This document shows positions 30,406-45,036 of a stretch of 61,397 nucleotides of DNA, piece by piece; position 1 is the first letter of the stretch; each line of letters starts with the position of its first letter. The notes below the pieces were generated by a model, which did no database searches, was not told where the DNA came from, and saw only the letters and a program-made list of their open reading frames with translations. The DNA lies in contig CAXHJY010000325.1 of assembly GCA_964016885.1 (NCBI GenBank), forward strand, positions 1 to 61,397, written 5' to 3'. Both the position numbers and the translations under genes were made by a program. This DNA comes from Eledone cirrhosa. Taxonomy: Eukaryota.

Positions 30406-30614
30406 CCCTTTAGCATTTAAACCAGCCCTATCAGACCAGAATTCTCACCTTTTTCTGTTCAAACTGGCTGTTCATACTGATGTTACGGTAATGTTCTCAA
30501 AATAAATAATATTAAAATCTCATAGATTCGATATTATGTGAAATAATTATGTGAGGTAGAGCCTTTACTGCGAAAATACAATAATAAATATAGAGCAATG
30601 TAAATGCTAAAGGG
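30406..30614 (+). mobile_element. TTAA piggyBac-like MITE family A, intact
   Basis: Perfect 14-bp TIR CCCTTTAGCATTTA / TAAATGCTAAAGGG flanked by TTAA on both sides. Confidence 0.88.
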
Positions 30615-30809
30615 TTAACCCTCTGCCATTATCACTCAACCTCTCTTCCATCAGTGTCTACATTTAGTACTCTCTACCACCACCACTACCACTGACCATT
30701 ATTCTCTCTCCCCTATGTGATACTCAATTGACATCTACCACACTTATGTATCTCTGCTATTATCTATCATTAACTAACACTGATACAGCTTTATTATTAT
30801 CCCAACACA

Positions 30810-30918
30810 GTTCAAATCCTGCCGAGGTTGACTTTGCCTTTCATCCTTACGTGGTCGATAAAATAAAGTACCAGTAATGCACTGGGTAATTGCTGGCCTT
30901 GTGCCTAAAGTAGAAACA
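30810..30918 (+). mobile_element. 5'-truncated Meta-like SINE with 17-bp TSD
   Basis: Matches 13438-13550. Perfect TSD ATTATTATCCCAACACA at 30793-30809 and 30919-30935. Confidence 0.88.
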
Positions 30919-31249
30919 ATTATTATCCCAACACATTGCTCATGCTGTTTTCCATCCAAACCCTTACAATCTACTAATGTGTAGCCATCACTGTCTCTCT
31001 GATAAACTCTAAATGTGATTTGATATTTAATTGTGTAATTATTAATTTCATAGAAATTGTGTTACCAGTAAAACTTAACTTATGAACATAAGTGTGCCAA
31101 CAATGTGAAATGTTTGGAATGCTCTGCTCTATAGTGTTAGACAAAGGGAACAGAGAAACTAATTATTTTTGTCAGCATGTTTACTCATCTTGCAACATCT
31201 TACTGGACAAATATAGATAATTATATTTATATTTTTAAATAATGTTCAT

Positions 31250-31485
31250 GCTAGTGCTATGACAAAAAAAGCACCCAGTCCACCCTGTTAGGTGTTCATT
31301 CTGGTGTTGTGATGAAAAGCACCTAGTTCATGATTTAATTTGGTTGACATTAGGAAGGGCATCTAGCAGCAGAAACCAAGCCCAAAACAGATCTGTATAG
31401 ATAAGATATTGTCATCTGACCTCCCCTGGCTAGTCTCAATGTGGCAACCCAGCTAACCCATGGAAAATAGACGTTAAATGATAAT
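31250..31485 (+). mobile_element. Decayed RTE-type 3' tail fragment
   Basis: AAAAAAAGCACCCAGT...TTAGGAAGGGCATC...GACGTTAAATGATAATG, as in the RTE/SINE tails. Confidence 0.65.
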
Positions 31486-32592
31486 GTTTACTCTTATAGC
31501 AAGTTAATTTATATTACAATTAAACTGATAACTCAATGACAGGAGGTGAAGTTAAATAGCAAATGCATTGCATTTAAAGCAAACATTTCTTTGAAAATGA
31601 AATTGTATACAAATGTCATTCTTAGTGAATTAACCAACACATACGTGGATTTATTGAGAATGTGCAAGCTTGCATGGGCACATGTACATTGACTTTTAGC
31701 CTTAGATCTACTCTGATCGACAACACTTATCCAAGGTGTTACAGACATAGTTTAACTTTGATTACATTAACCAAAGTGTCCTTCTTTTGAAGGAGAGTTG
31801 GGTGCTAACTCTAGTAGGTTAAGCATTCTTCCTTTGTAATTAACTGAAAGCAGTTATATAATTACATAAATATGGTTACATTATAACAATGACAGTACTT
31901 TACACCAAACTCTAGAGTCTCGGAATTATAGTTAGTTATTGCGAGAATTGAAGAGATGTTAAAGATTTCCTTCGAACCTTCAAAAAGATGTCAAAATCAT
32001 GTTAAGTGTATTGTCATCAACCTTAAAAATAAACTAAAAGAAAACACATCAATTCCTTCTGTAATTGCTTCAGTTATCAGCATGTTTCAAGTGGAAAAAA
32101 GGAAGTATTTTAATGATATCAGTAAAGTGGAAGATTTTATGCTAAATTAAAGCTGAAATAAATGTCTATGTAGGTTTTCTTAAGAAGCACTAGATGTTTA
32201 ATTCTTGCTGCCATTTGCAAAAGAATAATAATGAAAGAAAGTTAACTAGTTTTTTTTTTTAGTTTTTTTTTGCTTTATTTCTTTCTTTTCATAGTTTATT
32301 CAAGATAGAAAGAAGGTTGAAAATTATACAAACTTAAAGCAACATCATATTTATGATATTGGTCATCCTCTCAGTTCACCACTTCTGTGGTCACCATCAA
32401 ATGATCATCATTATCATGGGTTTTTTTATGTCAGATTTTTCCTCCTGATAGCATGGGTTGAAGGAGCTATTTCAAGCAGTATTCTATAATTAAATGTCCT
32501 TCATGATGACAATCTTTACTTTCATATGAAGTGAGGTACTGATCTTCGCAAGATTTTTGTTTATTAAGGATAAAAATGTCACAAATATCTCA

Positions 32593-32628
<36 letters not shown>

Positions 32629-33802
32629 AAATTAGGTAGTAACATGTGCTTATGCCGTATTTGACTAAACAAAGTTAGTCTGTCAGTTGGAATTTTAAAA
32701 AAAACCTCTGAATGTAAAAAAGGATGAGTATTGACGTACATGCGATATGAACCCACATCTTTGGTTTGCCGGACCAATGTGTTACGGGTTTGTGTTATTA
32801 CATTGTCTTCCTCTACATATCCACCAACCCGTTCTCATTTCTGTTCATTCTGTCCTTCTCTACTACTCCCTGTTCATCAACCATATGGATTGGATTCGTG
32901 TTTACATTATCATGGAGAATATAAATGAAAACCAAAATAAAATAACTTAATGTAATTTAAATTACATAACCACTAACTAAAGACAGCAAATACATTTCAA
33001 TTGTTTACTAAAAGAAAAATCTAAACAGAATTTGTATGGAAATAAAAACTTAATTAAAACTCAAAGTAAGAGAATGAAAAAAAAATTCGAAGAAAATATA
33101 TAACGATGACAAAAAAAAAGTCTTTTTTAAATTAATTTTACTTTTTCTTTCTCCATATAACTGAATCATGAATTAAAGCAGGAATTTAATTTAAGAAACC
33201 AATAGTTAGTAATATGTAATTATTAGGTTACTAAAGACTCAATTCTGCATAATAACCAGCTTGTAAGAGTTTGATATCTGATTTTTATTTGGCAGATGAG
33301 CAGAGATATTCATTAGTTTCTTTGAAACAAAACATACAAAAAGAGAGCAGGCACAATAAAAGTAAATTTGAAGAAGAGATTTTTACAAATGAATGGATTG
33401 ATCTAATGAATAGCAAGTAAAATGAGCACATAGTTGACAGAGAAGGAACAGCAGAGTTTTTCATTCTAGACATTTGTCTAGATCTAAAAGTGAAAATGTA
33501 AGCACCAAGAATTGACTGCTAAGATCTTATCTTAATTTATTTGATTCTAATGTTATATTGACAGCCTACTTTTAAATAAAGTTCTGGTAATAGAGGAAGC
33601 ACTAGATGGTCCTTAGACTTACTAGAAAGAGCAGCAAAATCTACTTCAAGTTACATACCACCATCAAAAAAGGAAGGACACTTTCGATTATATGCCCCTA
33701 GATACCTCCACTATGATCAGACATATTTACAGTTACTTCAGTCATAACTATTCCATATTTCTGTACATATCTCATACTATATTGTCCAGTGTTTTTATCT
33801 AA

Positions 33803-34253
33803 CCCTTTAGTTACCATATTTCTAATGGAATGCATTACCTGTGATTTTCAGATAATTTAAAACCTAATCAAGAATTTGGAGGGATTTAGTAATTTAACTT
33901 TCTCATTATCAACCATTTAGCATTTACATTACCCTATATTTACTATTGTATTTTTGTCGTAAAGGCTTTATCTCACATAATATCGAATCTATGAGATTTT
34001 GATATCATATATATTTTGAGAGGAATACCTTAATGTCGGTACGAGGGAGCAGTTACAGCCAGTTTGAACAGAAAGAGGTGAGAGAATACTGGCTGGATAC
34101 GGCCAGTTTAAATGCTAAAAGATTAAGCAAGTGTTTGGAACATAACAGAGGTTCCTATATGAAATTATGAGGGAAGGCTTTTAGATAAAAATAAACATTT
34201 AAAAAAAAACTTTTTAACCAGGAGCACTTGCAGGTGGCTTGGTATAAAAAGCG
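33803..34253 (+). mobile_element. piggyBac-like MITE family B containing a nested family A copy (33913-34122, -)
   Basis: Outer ends CCCTTTAGTTACCATATTTC ... GGTATAAAAAGCG|TTAA. Inner ends TCAA|CCATTTAGCATTTA ... TAAATGCTAAAAGA|TTAA. Confidence 0.75.
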
Positions 34254-34782
34254 TTAAGATTGAAAGGTGTGGTATAAGGGATATTTAGCTGCTGTTTCTA
34301 GGAGACTTGGCAACCTTCTAGAGACTCATGATTACAAACTTTTGCCAAATCAAAGCAAAATGTCTGTAAACAATTTCTAAAACTATTGTATTTGTGAATG
34401 ACATACTATCAATAATTGAAAATATGTGCAAACTTTTTCCTTTTTTACAAACACTATTTAATATTCTGAATGACAATGAAACTAGAATCTTGGTATCAAT
34501 AATAATTACTCCAGAGAATAAAATGTTAATGCAATTAGGTTCAACTAATTTGAATTGCACTTACAAAATGAAACAATACTTCTGAAATTATCAAAGTGTG
34601 AAAGATTTTATTAACAAAGAATTATAATTCCATAAACATTGCAATTGCAGTTTAGAAGTCTAATATTCTAGGAATATGTTTCTGGTTGATGAAAACACTC
34701 TACCGAAACTCCTTCAAGCTGTGATGTGACCTCACTGCAAGTAACTAATGTTAATTTGTCATAGATTCAATAAAGAAACCAA

Positions 34783-35000
34783 TGAGGGAGCCTCTACATA
34801 GTTACTCTACCTGCTAAATATAGCAGCCATGTCTCCTCCCAAACTACACCATACTATCTTAAAAAAGAGTCATTGTATAACATAGTATGACAAAAAATAC
34901 TTGAAAGAAAAAAAGACAAGATGGTCATGGCTTGAATTCCTTCCATCATTGGTCTATTTGTTCAGAGCTTCAGAGCTGACCTAGGAGTTAGATAACAATA
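34783..35000 (+). repeat. Dispersed ~220-bp repeat family, unclassified and SINE-like
   Basis: Motifs GAGCCTCTACA..CTGCTA(G)AAATAGCAGCC..AAGATGGTCATGGCT..AACAA recur near 9120-9290 (-), 19185-19390, 33595-33700, 52315-52480 and 54230-54410. Confidence 0.6.
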
Positions 35001-35489
35001 CATATAATTTAATGTGTCTTTACCACGAGTCAGATCATACTAGGAAATGTACAAAACCTCCAAATTAATTAAAACATTACAGAAACTATCATATGAGGTC
35101 AGACTTAATGTTTTTAACATTCTGCCAATGTTTCAGAACCAGAAAGATAAGATAAGAAGTTGAAATATGCTTATGAATAATGTGAAGCAAAGTTCATTCA
35201 GAAGACGTGTAATCCTATAATTCTATAAGTCACCAATGAAAAGCTATTTGTAGCAGTTGAGAAATTAGACAACAAATTAACAAAACAACAAGCCTTCTCT
35301 CACACAATACATAACATTTAGAACCAGTGATGCTTGCATATTAGACTAAGATAAGACCATCTTGGTGAGAGAAAGATCAAATGCATGGTTCATGTTAAGG
35401 AATTTAGGCAGGGTTTGGTTTTTCTTCTAAGATTTCTAAAATACAGAATTGTGAAATGCAAAGCTACAGATATTTTGAAGTCCATTTAA

Positions 35490-36060
35490 CCCTTTAGCAT
35501 TTAAACCGGCCACATCCAGCCAGAATTCTCTCACCCCTTTCTGTTCAAATTGGCCATGACTGTCCACTCAGTGACGTTAAAGTATTGTTCTCAAAATAAA
35601 TAAAATCAAAATTTCCTAGATTCGATAATCATCATCATCATCATCATCATCATCAGGTTTAGCGTCCGTGTTCCACGCTTGCATGGGTTTGGACGGGGGT
35701 TTTCCCACTTGAGGCAAGAGTGGTTGTCTTGCTCGCATAGGACTGTCTGGCGGGTTTTCTACAGTTGGATGCCCTTCCTAACACCAACCACATTTACAGT
35801 GTGGGGCTGGGAGGTTTTTACCGTGTTGCCTACACGGCCACATTACAGCGTGGACTGTCTGGCGGGTTTTCTACAGCTGGATGCTCTTCCTAACACCAAC
35901 CACATTTACAGTGTGGGGCTGGGAGGTTTTTACCGTGTTGCCTACACGGCCACATTTACAGCGTGGACTGTGTGTTTTTTGTCGTGAGATAATGTGAGAT
36001 AATTATGTGAGATAAAGTGTTTACCATAAAAATACAATAGTATATATAGAGTAAGTTAAA
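35490..36060 (+). mobile_element. piggyBac-like MITE family A, right TIR lost, interrupted by an RTE-tail insertion
   Basis: TTAA|CCCTTTAGCATTTAAA start; body is colinear with 30406-30600 on both sides of the insert. Confidence 0.75.
35630..35987 (-). mobile_element. RTE-type 3' tail insertion with (ATG)n tail and internal ~112-bp tandem duplication
   Basis: (CAT)n at 35630-35655. Unit GGACTGTCTGGCGGG...TACAGCGT at ~35740-35850 and ~35851-35964. GATAAT on both flanks. Confidence 0.8.
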
Positions 36061-38550
36061 TAAAATGAAACAGCTAAATTGTTGGCATTCATTGAATGAA
36101 AAGTGATAAAATTCTATATTCAAATTGAACAAAAAAAAACAACAACCCAAAACAATTAAACTGGTTAAGGTGACATATCTGCAGCAAAGTATAAATCAAA
36201 TCCTTTAGGATATATATATATATAAATGGCACCAAAATAGATAAAGATAGAGGTTTAAAAAATAATCTAATCTTACTTAACTAAAAATATTTAGAATACA
36301 ATCACCAGTCAGTCTCTGGATAATCTTAATAAATGGATAAGTGCCATAAATTTGAATCTTTTATCAGTCAAGTCTACAACTTGAATTTAATCTCTAATTG
36401 TTTTACTAATGTAAGTGAAATAATTGAAACACACTCAGAAAAGCAGAGATACCATAATTTCTTATTTGTCCAATCTTGCCATTGTGAGGTTTTTGACTAT
36501 CTAAAGAAAAGAATCAATGCTATAAGCATCAAAATCATTACTAAAACTTGCTAAATGAGAATTTCTTGGGCATAATGGCAAGATTACAAGATAAAGAATA
36601 AAAATGGTCTTATGGCTAATAAAACTAATAATAGAAAACTTTAGAAACAAATGTTTTAAATGAAATTTGAATGATCTACAACAGTTTTTTAGAGCAACTG
36701 TATTTATCAGTGGAATGTGACACAGAATATCATTGGAAAATAGCCAAAAATACTTGTGATATAGTGATATCAAAACTCTCATAGAAAACCATGAAGAGAC
36801 AGAAATAATACTCCTAGAAAAGAGGATGTAAATGAAACCAAAACTAGCAATGAAAAGAAAGCAATCTTACAAATAGTTAGTTAATAAGGTTGAGCCAGAT
36901 TATGTTTCTATTCTAAAACTAACTTATTAAACTGTTTCATAGTTATCACTAACATATCTTTTGGAAAACTTACAAGATATTTTGGCACCAGCTTATTTTG
37001 ATAAGCAAGCTTCATTGCTTTCATATAAATAAATAGAGATGAAATCTACCAACCTCGAAAAGGAACATTTTTGATATATCCACTTTATACAGAGCTTGAA
37101 ACCTTAATATAATATTCTTGAAAACTGTCCAATTTGAGAATCGGTACAAAAATATTTCATTATATTTAGCATGAAATTTAGCAACTCTGCAAATTTCCAT
37201 CGACCATCATATACTTATGAACACAGAAACACTATGTATGAATATATATTCGTGTATTACTGATGGATGTGAGAAAAAGTACTCAATAAGTAGAGTTCAA
37301 ATATTCATTTAATGGCTAAGTGGTGAGCTTTGCTACTCTGAAGTTTCACCAATTAGCTATTAAATGAATATATATAGAGTGGTTAGTATGGTAAAATACT
37401 GGTGTTGGTACCAAATCAAGCATTCTATGCACAGGCAGAGTGTATATAATAGACAAAAACGAGGAAGTTTTGTTGACATATGTAAAATATTTGTGTATCG
37501 ACCTGTTATGTGCATTTCGCAGAGGATTGGCTCAAGGAGACCCATAGGAGTTATGTACCTAACTCCAGTAGCGATCTGCTCGTCGTTTTCTCTGCGTGTG
37601 CGTGCGTGTGCGTGTGTGTGTGTGTTACAATTTGGCATATCCAAACATCTCTCCATCTCTCTTAACTTATGAAACTTGGAAAACCAGTAAAGTTATAAAT
37701 TGTTATTGCATTTTCAACGTCTTTTTCCTATGTATGCATATATGCATACATATGTGTGTAAAATATATGGAAGCTTGTTAGATGGATTGTAGCTGTAATT
37801 AAGGTCCAACTTCATCCCACGTTATGTCATGCTAATTCAGCTTGAGAATTATGTTAAGAGTACACAATTCTGTGGAATCTTTAACCATTTACATGTCAGT
37901 TCATGTGATGAATGTTAAGTTGGCCAAACAACAGAATGCTTATCGCCAAAGATTATGGAAGATTCATCATATATATATATATATGCATGAGCATATGTGG
38001 TCATACATACACTCATGCGCGTGTGTATACACACACAAACAAACAAACAAAACCCAAAATTGTAGCTGTAGTATACTTTCGTTCTTACTCAAAATCAAAT
38101 ATAGTAAGGAAAATTGCAAATAGGAATTGTAAAGCTTCATAAGGGGTTTTCAAACTTCAGAACAAATATCTACATCTTGAGATGATCTACATATGTGAAG
38201 AGTATTTAAGTGAAATTATATGCTTTCTACTAAAAAAAAAAAAGAATGTTTAATAACAAAACTAAGGTAACAGTACAGCTAAAAGAAATTTTATCTATCT
38301 TGTTTAAACCAAAAATTCCATAGCAGGTAAAAACAAATGTACCTTTGGATCTATAACTTAATTGAATTGTAAACATTATTTCTATCAAGTAAGTCTTTAA
38401 TTTACATTTCCCTTGATAAGAAAACGAAATACACAAAATTAATAACATAATAACAAGAATTTAGGTATATTTTATATAGAGATACTATTTTATGGTTTCA
38501 AATGAATAATGAGAAACTAGCTACAGTACTTCAGTATGTATGTGTGTATA

Positions 38551-38899
38551 TCATTTTTCATTTCATTTTCATTTCATTTTACGTCCACTTCTGCCTGCTT
38601 GCAAGGATGGGACGGGAACTGATTCTGGCTTGATTTCTACAGCTGGATGCCCTTCCTAAAACCAACCTCATTTACAGTGAGTGCTGGGTGCTTTTTTGCC
38701 GTGGCACCTCCACGACCACTTTACAGTGGAATGATAGGGACCCCAGTCCCTATCATCTCATTTCTACAGCTGAGTAAACTGGAGCAATGTGAAATAAAGT
38801 GTCTTGCTCAAGGAAACAACACATCACCCGGTCTGAGATTTGAACTCACAACCTTTCGATTGCAAGGCCAATGCTCTAACCACTAAGCCATGTGCCTCC
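38551..38899 (-). mobile_element. Full-length CORE-like/RTE-tail SINE, sister copy of 1493-1838
   Basis: Near-identical reverse complement, with (TGAAA)n tail. Confidence 0.88.
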
Positions 38900-39623
38900 A
38901 GTATATATATATACGTATTGTATGTGTATGTATATATTATACAGGCACACATATTTATATGTGCATATACAAGAAAGGAATCAAAATCTGAAATTAAAGA
39001 AACTATTTTCATACTTACATTCCACTGAAATATAGGAAACTTTATTGGAAACATTAAACAAGAGGAAAGAAGAGAAAACCAAGCATTTTCTAGGAGAACA
39101 CAGTAATAGAAAATACCTTATTGATTTAGAACTACTTTATGGTCTGAAATGGAACAATACTGAAAACTGAAAGGAAAGAACTCAAAAGAACTTCCAGATG
39201 ATTATTCGTAAATGTATAAAACAGGAAACATCTGCTGGTAAGATGTTTAACAACATACGTTCTTTTATATAGAAGCAAAAATAATGTAGCAGTCAAGCAA
39301 TGATGAAATATTGATGACAAACATAAATACAAATGGATGCAAAAGTAAAAATAATAAGTCAATTAAATCATTTTGTACTATAGGATAAATGAATAAATGC
39401 ATGACAAAAAAGTATTGAAATGAAAACATATATATATATATACATACATACACATATATACATACATACACATATATACATATATATATACATACATGTA
39501 TACATATATATACATACATACATATATATACATACATACATATATATACATACATACATATACATACATATATATACATACATACATATACATACATACA
39601 TATATATACATACATACATATAC

Positions 39624-39727
<104 letters not shown>

Positions 39728-39781
39728 ACATATATATACATACATATATATATATATACATACATACATATACATACATAC

Positions 39782-39819
<38 letters not shown>

Positions 39820-39880
39820 ATACATACATATATATATATATACATACATACATATACATACATACATATACATACATATA

Positions 39881-39946
<66 letters not shown>

Positions 39947-40173
39947 CATATATATATACATACATACATATATATACACATACATATATATACACATACA
40001 TATATATATGCATACATATATATATACATATATATACATACATATATATACATATATATATATATACATATATATACATACATATATATACATGCATATA
40101 TATATATATACATATATATACATGCATATATATATATATACATATATATATACATATATATATATATACATGC

Positions 40174-40204
<31 letters not shown>

Positions 40205-40620
40205 CATATATATATATATACATACATATATATATACATACATATATATATACATATATATATATATACATATATATACATATATATACATATACATATA
40301 TATACATATATATACACATACATATATATATACATACATATATATATACATACATATATATATACATACATATATATATATACATACATATATATATATA
40401 CATACATATATATATATACATACATATATATATATACATACATATATATATATACATACATATATATATATACATACATATATATATACATACATATATA
40501 TATACATACATATATATATACATACATATATATATACATACATATATATATACATACATATATATATACATACATATATATATACATACATATATATATA
40601 CATACATACATATATATATA

Positions 40621-41218
40621 CATGGTGGCTGCCAACTCGTTTTCGAGTACGGCCACTACTTTATATCCATGTAGGAGAACCCCTACCGATGCGCTGAATA
40701 AGTGTGACTTTTTAGTCCAGCCAGCGACTTGAAAACTCTGGTACAAACACTACACTTGTGACAATTATTGACACATAGTGCTGGGCCCATGGTACCATGT
40801 GACGACAAGTGCAGAGAGATCTCCAGATATAAAGCAATGCCTGTGCTGTGAAGCTTTTATAGTGAGCAAAGGCACTGCACAAAGCCAGTCCCACTCTCTT
40901 AACCAAGATGATATTTACCAAAAAGAAGAACAAGTCAACATCATTGGAAACCATCAGGGTTGCAGGTGTTATATCAGAGTTTTCCTTCTCCTAGAATTCT
41001 GCCTTGACAAAGGCTAAGGGGTCATCTCTCCTGGTGATTTTGGATGGCCATTGACTCTTAAGAGCTCCTTTGCCCTTTGACAGGTTTTGTTTTTAGTCCT
41101 GCAGGATGTCCAAAGTCACCCTCCTCACCGAGAAACCTTGGTGGGGTTGCCAGTTTAGTCGCCAACGACCCGACCATGGGACAGATTGTACTGGGATACA
41201 TGTTACCAGTAGCACCAA
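40621..41218 (-). mobile_element. Non-autonomous bipartite RTE-derived element, copy 1
   Basis: Minus strand has the RTE 5'-UTR-like motif TAGCCTTTGTCAAGGC...CTAGGAGAAGGAAAACTCTGA, then an RTE-like C-terminal C2H2 finger, a 3' stem-loop and a TA/TATG tail. Confidence 0.75.
40683..40790 (-). other. 35-aa micro-ORF with single C2H2 zinc finger (copy 1)
   Basis: [35 protein letters not shown], start context ACCATGG; expression unproven. Confidence 0.45.
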
Positions 41219-41240
41219 TATATATATATACATACATATA

Positions 41241-41276
<36 letters not shown>

Positions 41277-41290
41277 TATACATACATATA

Positions 41291-41326
<36 letters not shown>

Positions 41327-41503
41327 TATACATATATATATACATACATACATACATATATATATACATACACACATATATATACATACATACATACATA
41401 CATATATATATATATACATATATATATACATACATACATACATATATATATACATACATACATATATATATATATATACATATATATATACATACATATA
41501 CAT

Positions 41504-41536
<33 letters not shown>

Positions 41537-41563
41537 TATACATATATATATATACATATATAT

Positions 41564-41596
<33 letters not shown>

Positions 41597-41659
41597 TATA
41601 TACATATATATATACATACATACATACATACATATATATATATATACATATATATATAC

Positions 41660-41738
<79 letters not shown>

Positions 41739-41751
41739 CATATATATATAC

Positions 41752-41782
<31 letters not shown>

Positions 41783-41795
41783 CATATATATATAC

Positions 41796-41844
<49 letters not shown>

Positions 41845-41851
41845 TATATAC

Positions 41852-41884
<33 letters not shown>

Positions 41885-41897
41885 CATATATATATAC

Positions 41898-41930
<33 letters not shown>

Positions 41931-41939
41931 CATATATAT

Positions 41940-41970
<31 letters not shown>

Positions 41971-41979
41971 CATATATAT

Positions 41980-42022
<43 letters not shown>

Positions 42023-42046
42023 TATATACATATATATATACATACA

Positions 42047-42138
<92 letters not shown>

Positions 42139-42169
42139 CATATATATATACACACATACATATACATAC

Positions 42170-42202
<33 letters not shown>

Positions 42203-42233
42203 CATATATATATACATACATACATATACATAC

Positions 42234-42266
<33 letters not shown>

Positions 42267-42288
42267 CATATATATATACATACATACA

Positions 42289-42328
<40 letters not shown>

Positions 42329-42341
42329 CATACATTCATAC

Positions 42342-42372
<31 letters not shown>

Positions 42373-42582
42373 TATATACATACATTCATACATATATATA
42401 TATATATATATATACATATATATATACATACATTCATACATATATATATATATATATATATACATACATATATATATACATACATTCATACATATATATA
42501 TATATATATATATACATATATATATACATACATTCATACATATATATATATATATATATATACATATATATATACATACATT

Positions 42583-42618
<36 letters not shown>

Positions 42619-42911
42619 CATATATATATACATACATATATATATACATACATATATATATACATACATATATATATACATACATACATATATATATACA
42701 TACATATATATATACATACATATATATATACATACATATATATATACATACATATATATATACATACATATATATATACATACATATATATATACATACA
42801 TATATATATACATACATATATATATACATACATATATATATACATACATATATATATACATACATATATATATACATACATATATATATACATACATATA
42901 TATATACATAC

Positions 42912-42942
<31 letters not shown>

Positions 42943-43105
42943 CATACATACATATATATATATATACATACATATATATATATATACATACATATATATA
43001 TATATACATACATATATATATATATACATACATATATATATATACATACATACATATATATATACATACATATATATATATATACATACATATATATATA
43101 CATAC

Positions 43106-43136
<31 letters not shown>

Positions 43137-43153
43137 CATATATACATACATAT

Positions 43154-43192
<39 letters not shown>

Positions 43193-43193
43193 C

Positions 43194-43236
<43 letters not shown>

Positions 43237-43395
43237 CATATATATATACATATATATATATATATACATACATATATATATATATATACATACATATATA
43301 TATACATATATATATATATATACATACATATATATATATATACATACATATATACATACATATATATATACATACATATATATATATATATACAT

Positions 43396-44006
43396 ATGGT
43401 GGCTGCCAACTCGTTTTCGAGTACGGCCACTACTTTATATCCATGTAGGAGAACCCCTACTGATGCGCTGAACGACTGTGACTTTTTAGTCCAGCCAGCG
43501 ACTTGAAAGCTCTGGTACAAACACTACACTTGTGACAATTATTGACACATAGTGCTGGGCCCATGGTACCATGTGACGACAAATGCAGAGAGATCTCCAG
43601 ATACAAAGCAATGCCTGTGCCGTGAAGCTTTTATAGTGAGCAAAGGCACTGCACAATGCCAGTCCCACTCTCTTAACCAAGATGATATTTACCAAAAAGA
43701 AGAACAAGTCAACATCATTGGATACCATCAGGGTTGCAGGTGTTATATCAGAGTTTTCCTTCTCCTAGAATTCCGCCTTGACAAAGGCTAAGGGGTCATC
43801 TCTCCCGGTGATTTTGGATGGCCATTGACTCTTAAGAGCTCCTTTGCCTTTTGACAGGTTTTGTTTTTAGTCCTGCAGGATGTCCAAAGTCACCCTCCTC
43901 ACCAAGAAACCTTGGTGGGGTTGCCAGTTTAGTCGCCAACGACCCGACCATGGGACAGGTTGTACTGGAATACATGTTACCAGTAGCACCAACTGGTGAC
44001 CTGACA
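43396..44006 (-). mobile_element. Non-autonomous bipartite RTE-derived element, copy 2
   Basis: Colinear with copy 1 with scattered substitutions; 5' end TGTCAGGTCACC. Confidence 0.75.
43457..43564 (-). other. 35-aa micro-ORF with single C2H2 zinc finger (copy 2)
   Basis: [35 protein letters not shown]. Confidence 0.45.
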
Positions 44007-44290
44007 TATATATACATATATATATATATATACATACATATATATATATATACATACATATATACATACATATATATATACATACATATATATATATATA
44101 CATATATATGTAGATAAATCTACCAAATATATATATATGTATGTATATATATATGTATGTATATATATATATATGTATATATATACATATATATATATAT
44201 ACATATATATACATATATATATATATACATATATATACATATATATATATATACATATATATACATATATATACATATATATATATATAC

Positions 44291-44321
<31 letters not shown>

Positions 44322-44564
44322 CATACATATATATATATATACATATATATACATATATATATATATATATACATACATATATATATATATACATATATAT
44401 ACATATATATATATATACATATATATACATACATATATATATATATATACATACATATATATATATATACATATATATACATATATATATATATATATAC
44501 ATACATATATATATATATACATATATATACATATATATATATATATATACATACATATATATAC

Positions 44565-44595
<31 letters not shown>

Positions 44596-44636
44596 CATAC
44601 ATATACATATATATATATATACATATATATATATAC

Positions 44637-44683
<47 letters not shown>

Positions 44684-44700
44684 CATACATATATATATAC

Positions 44701-44731
<31 letters not shown>

Positions 44732-44748
44732 CATACATATATATATAC

Positions 44749-44811
<63 letters not shown>

Positions 44812-44832
44812 CATATATATACATATATATAC

Positions 44833-44863
<31 letters not shown>

Positions 44864-44936
44864 CATATATATACATATATATACATATATATATATATAC
44901 ATATATATACATATATATATATATACATATATATAC

Positions 44937-44967
<31 letters not shown>

Positions 44968-44972
44968 CATAC

Positions 44973-45003
<31 letters not shown>

Positions 45004-45036
45004 CATACATATATATATACATACATATATATATAT

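Noticed and set aside
40712-41017. Repeated 79-80 aa ORFs (MVSNDVDLFF..., MLGPWYHV...) in the three element copies
   Set aside because: No recognisable domain; they recur only because the copies are young. The informative frame is the short zinc-finger one.
43885-43965. Twister ribozyme (GTCCCA...GAGGAGGG on the minus strand)
   Set aside because: No UAA L1 strand in the right place, and the CCC needed for the pseudoknot varies (CCC/CTC/CGC) among copies
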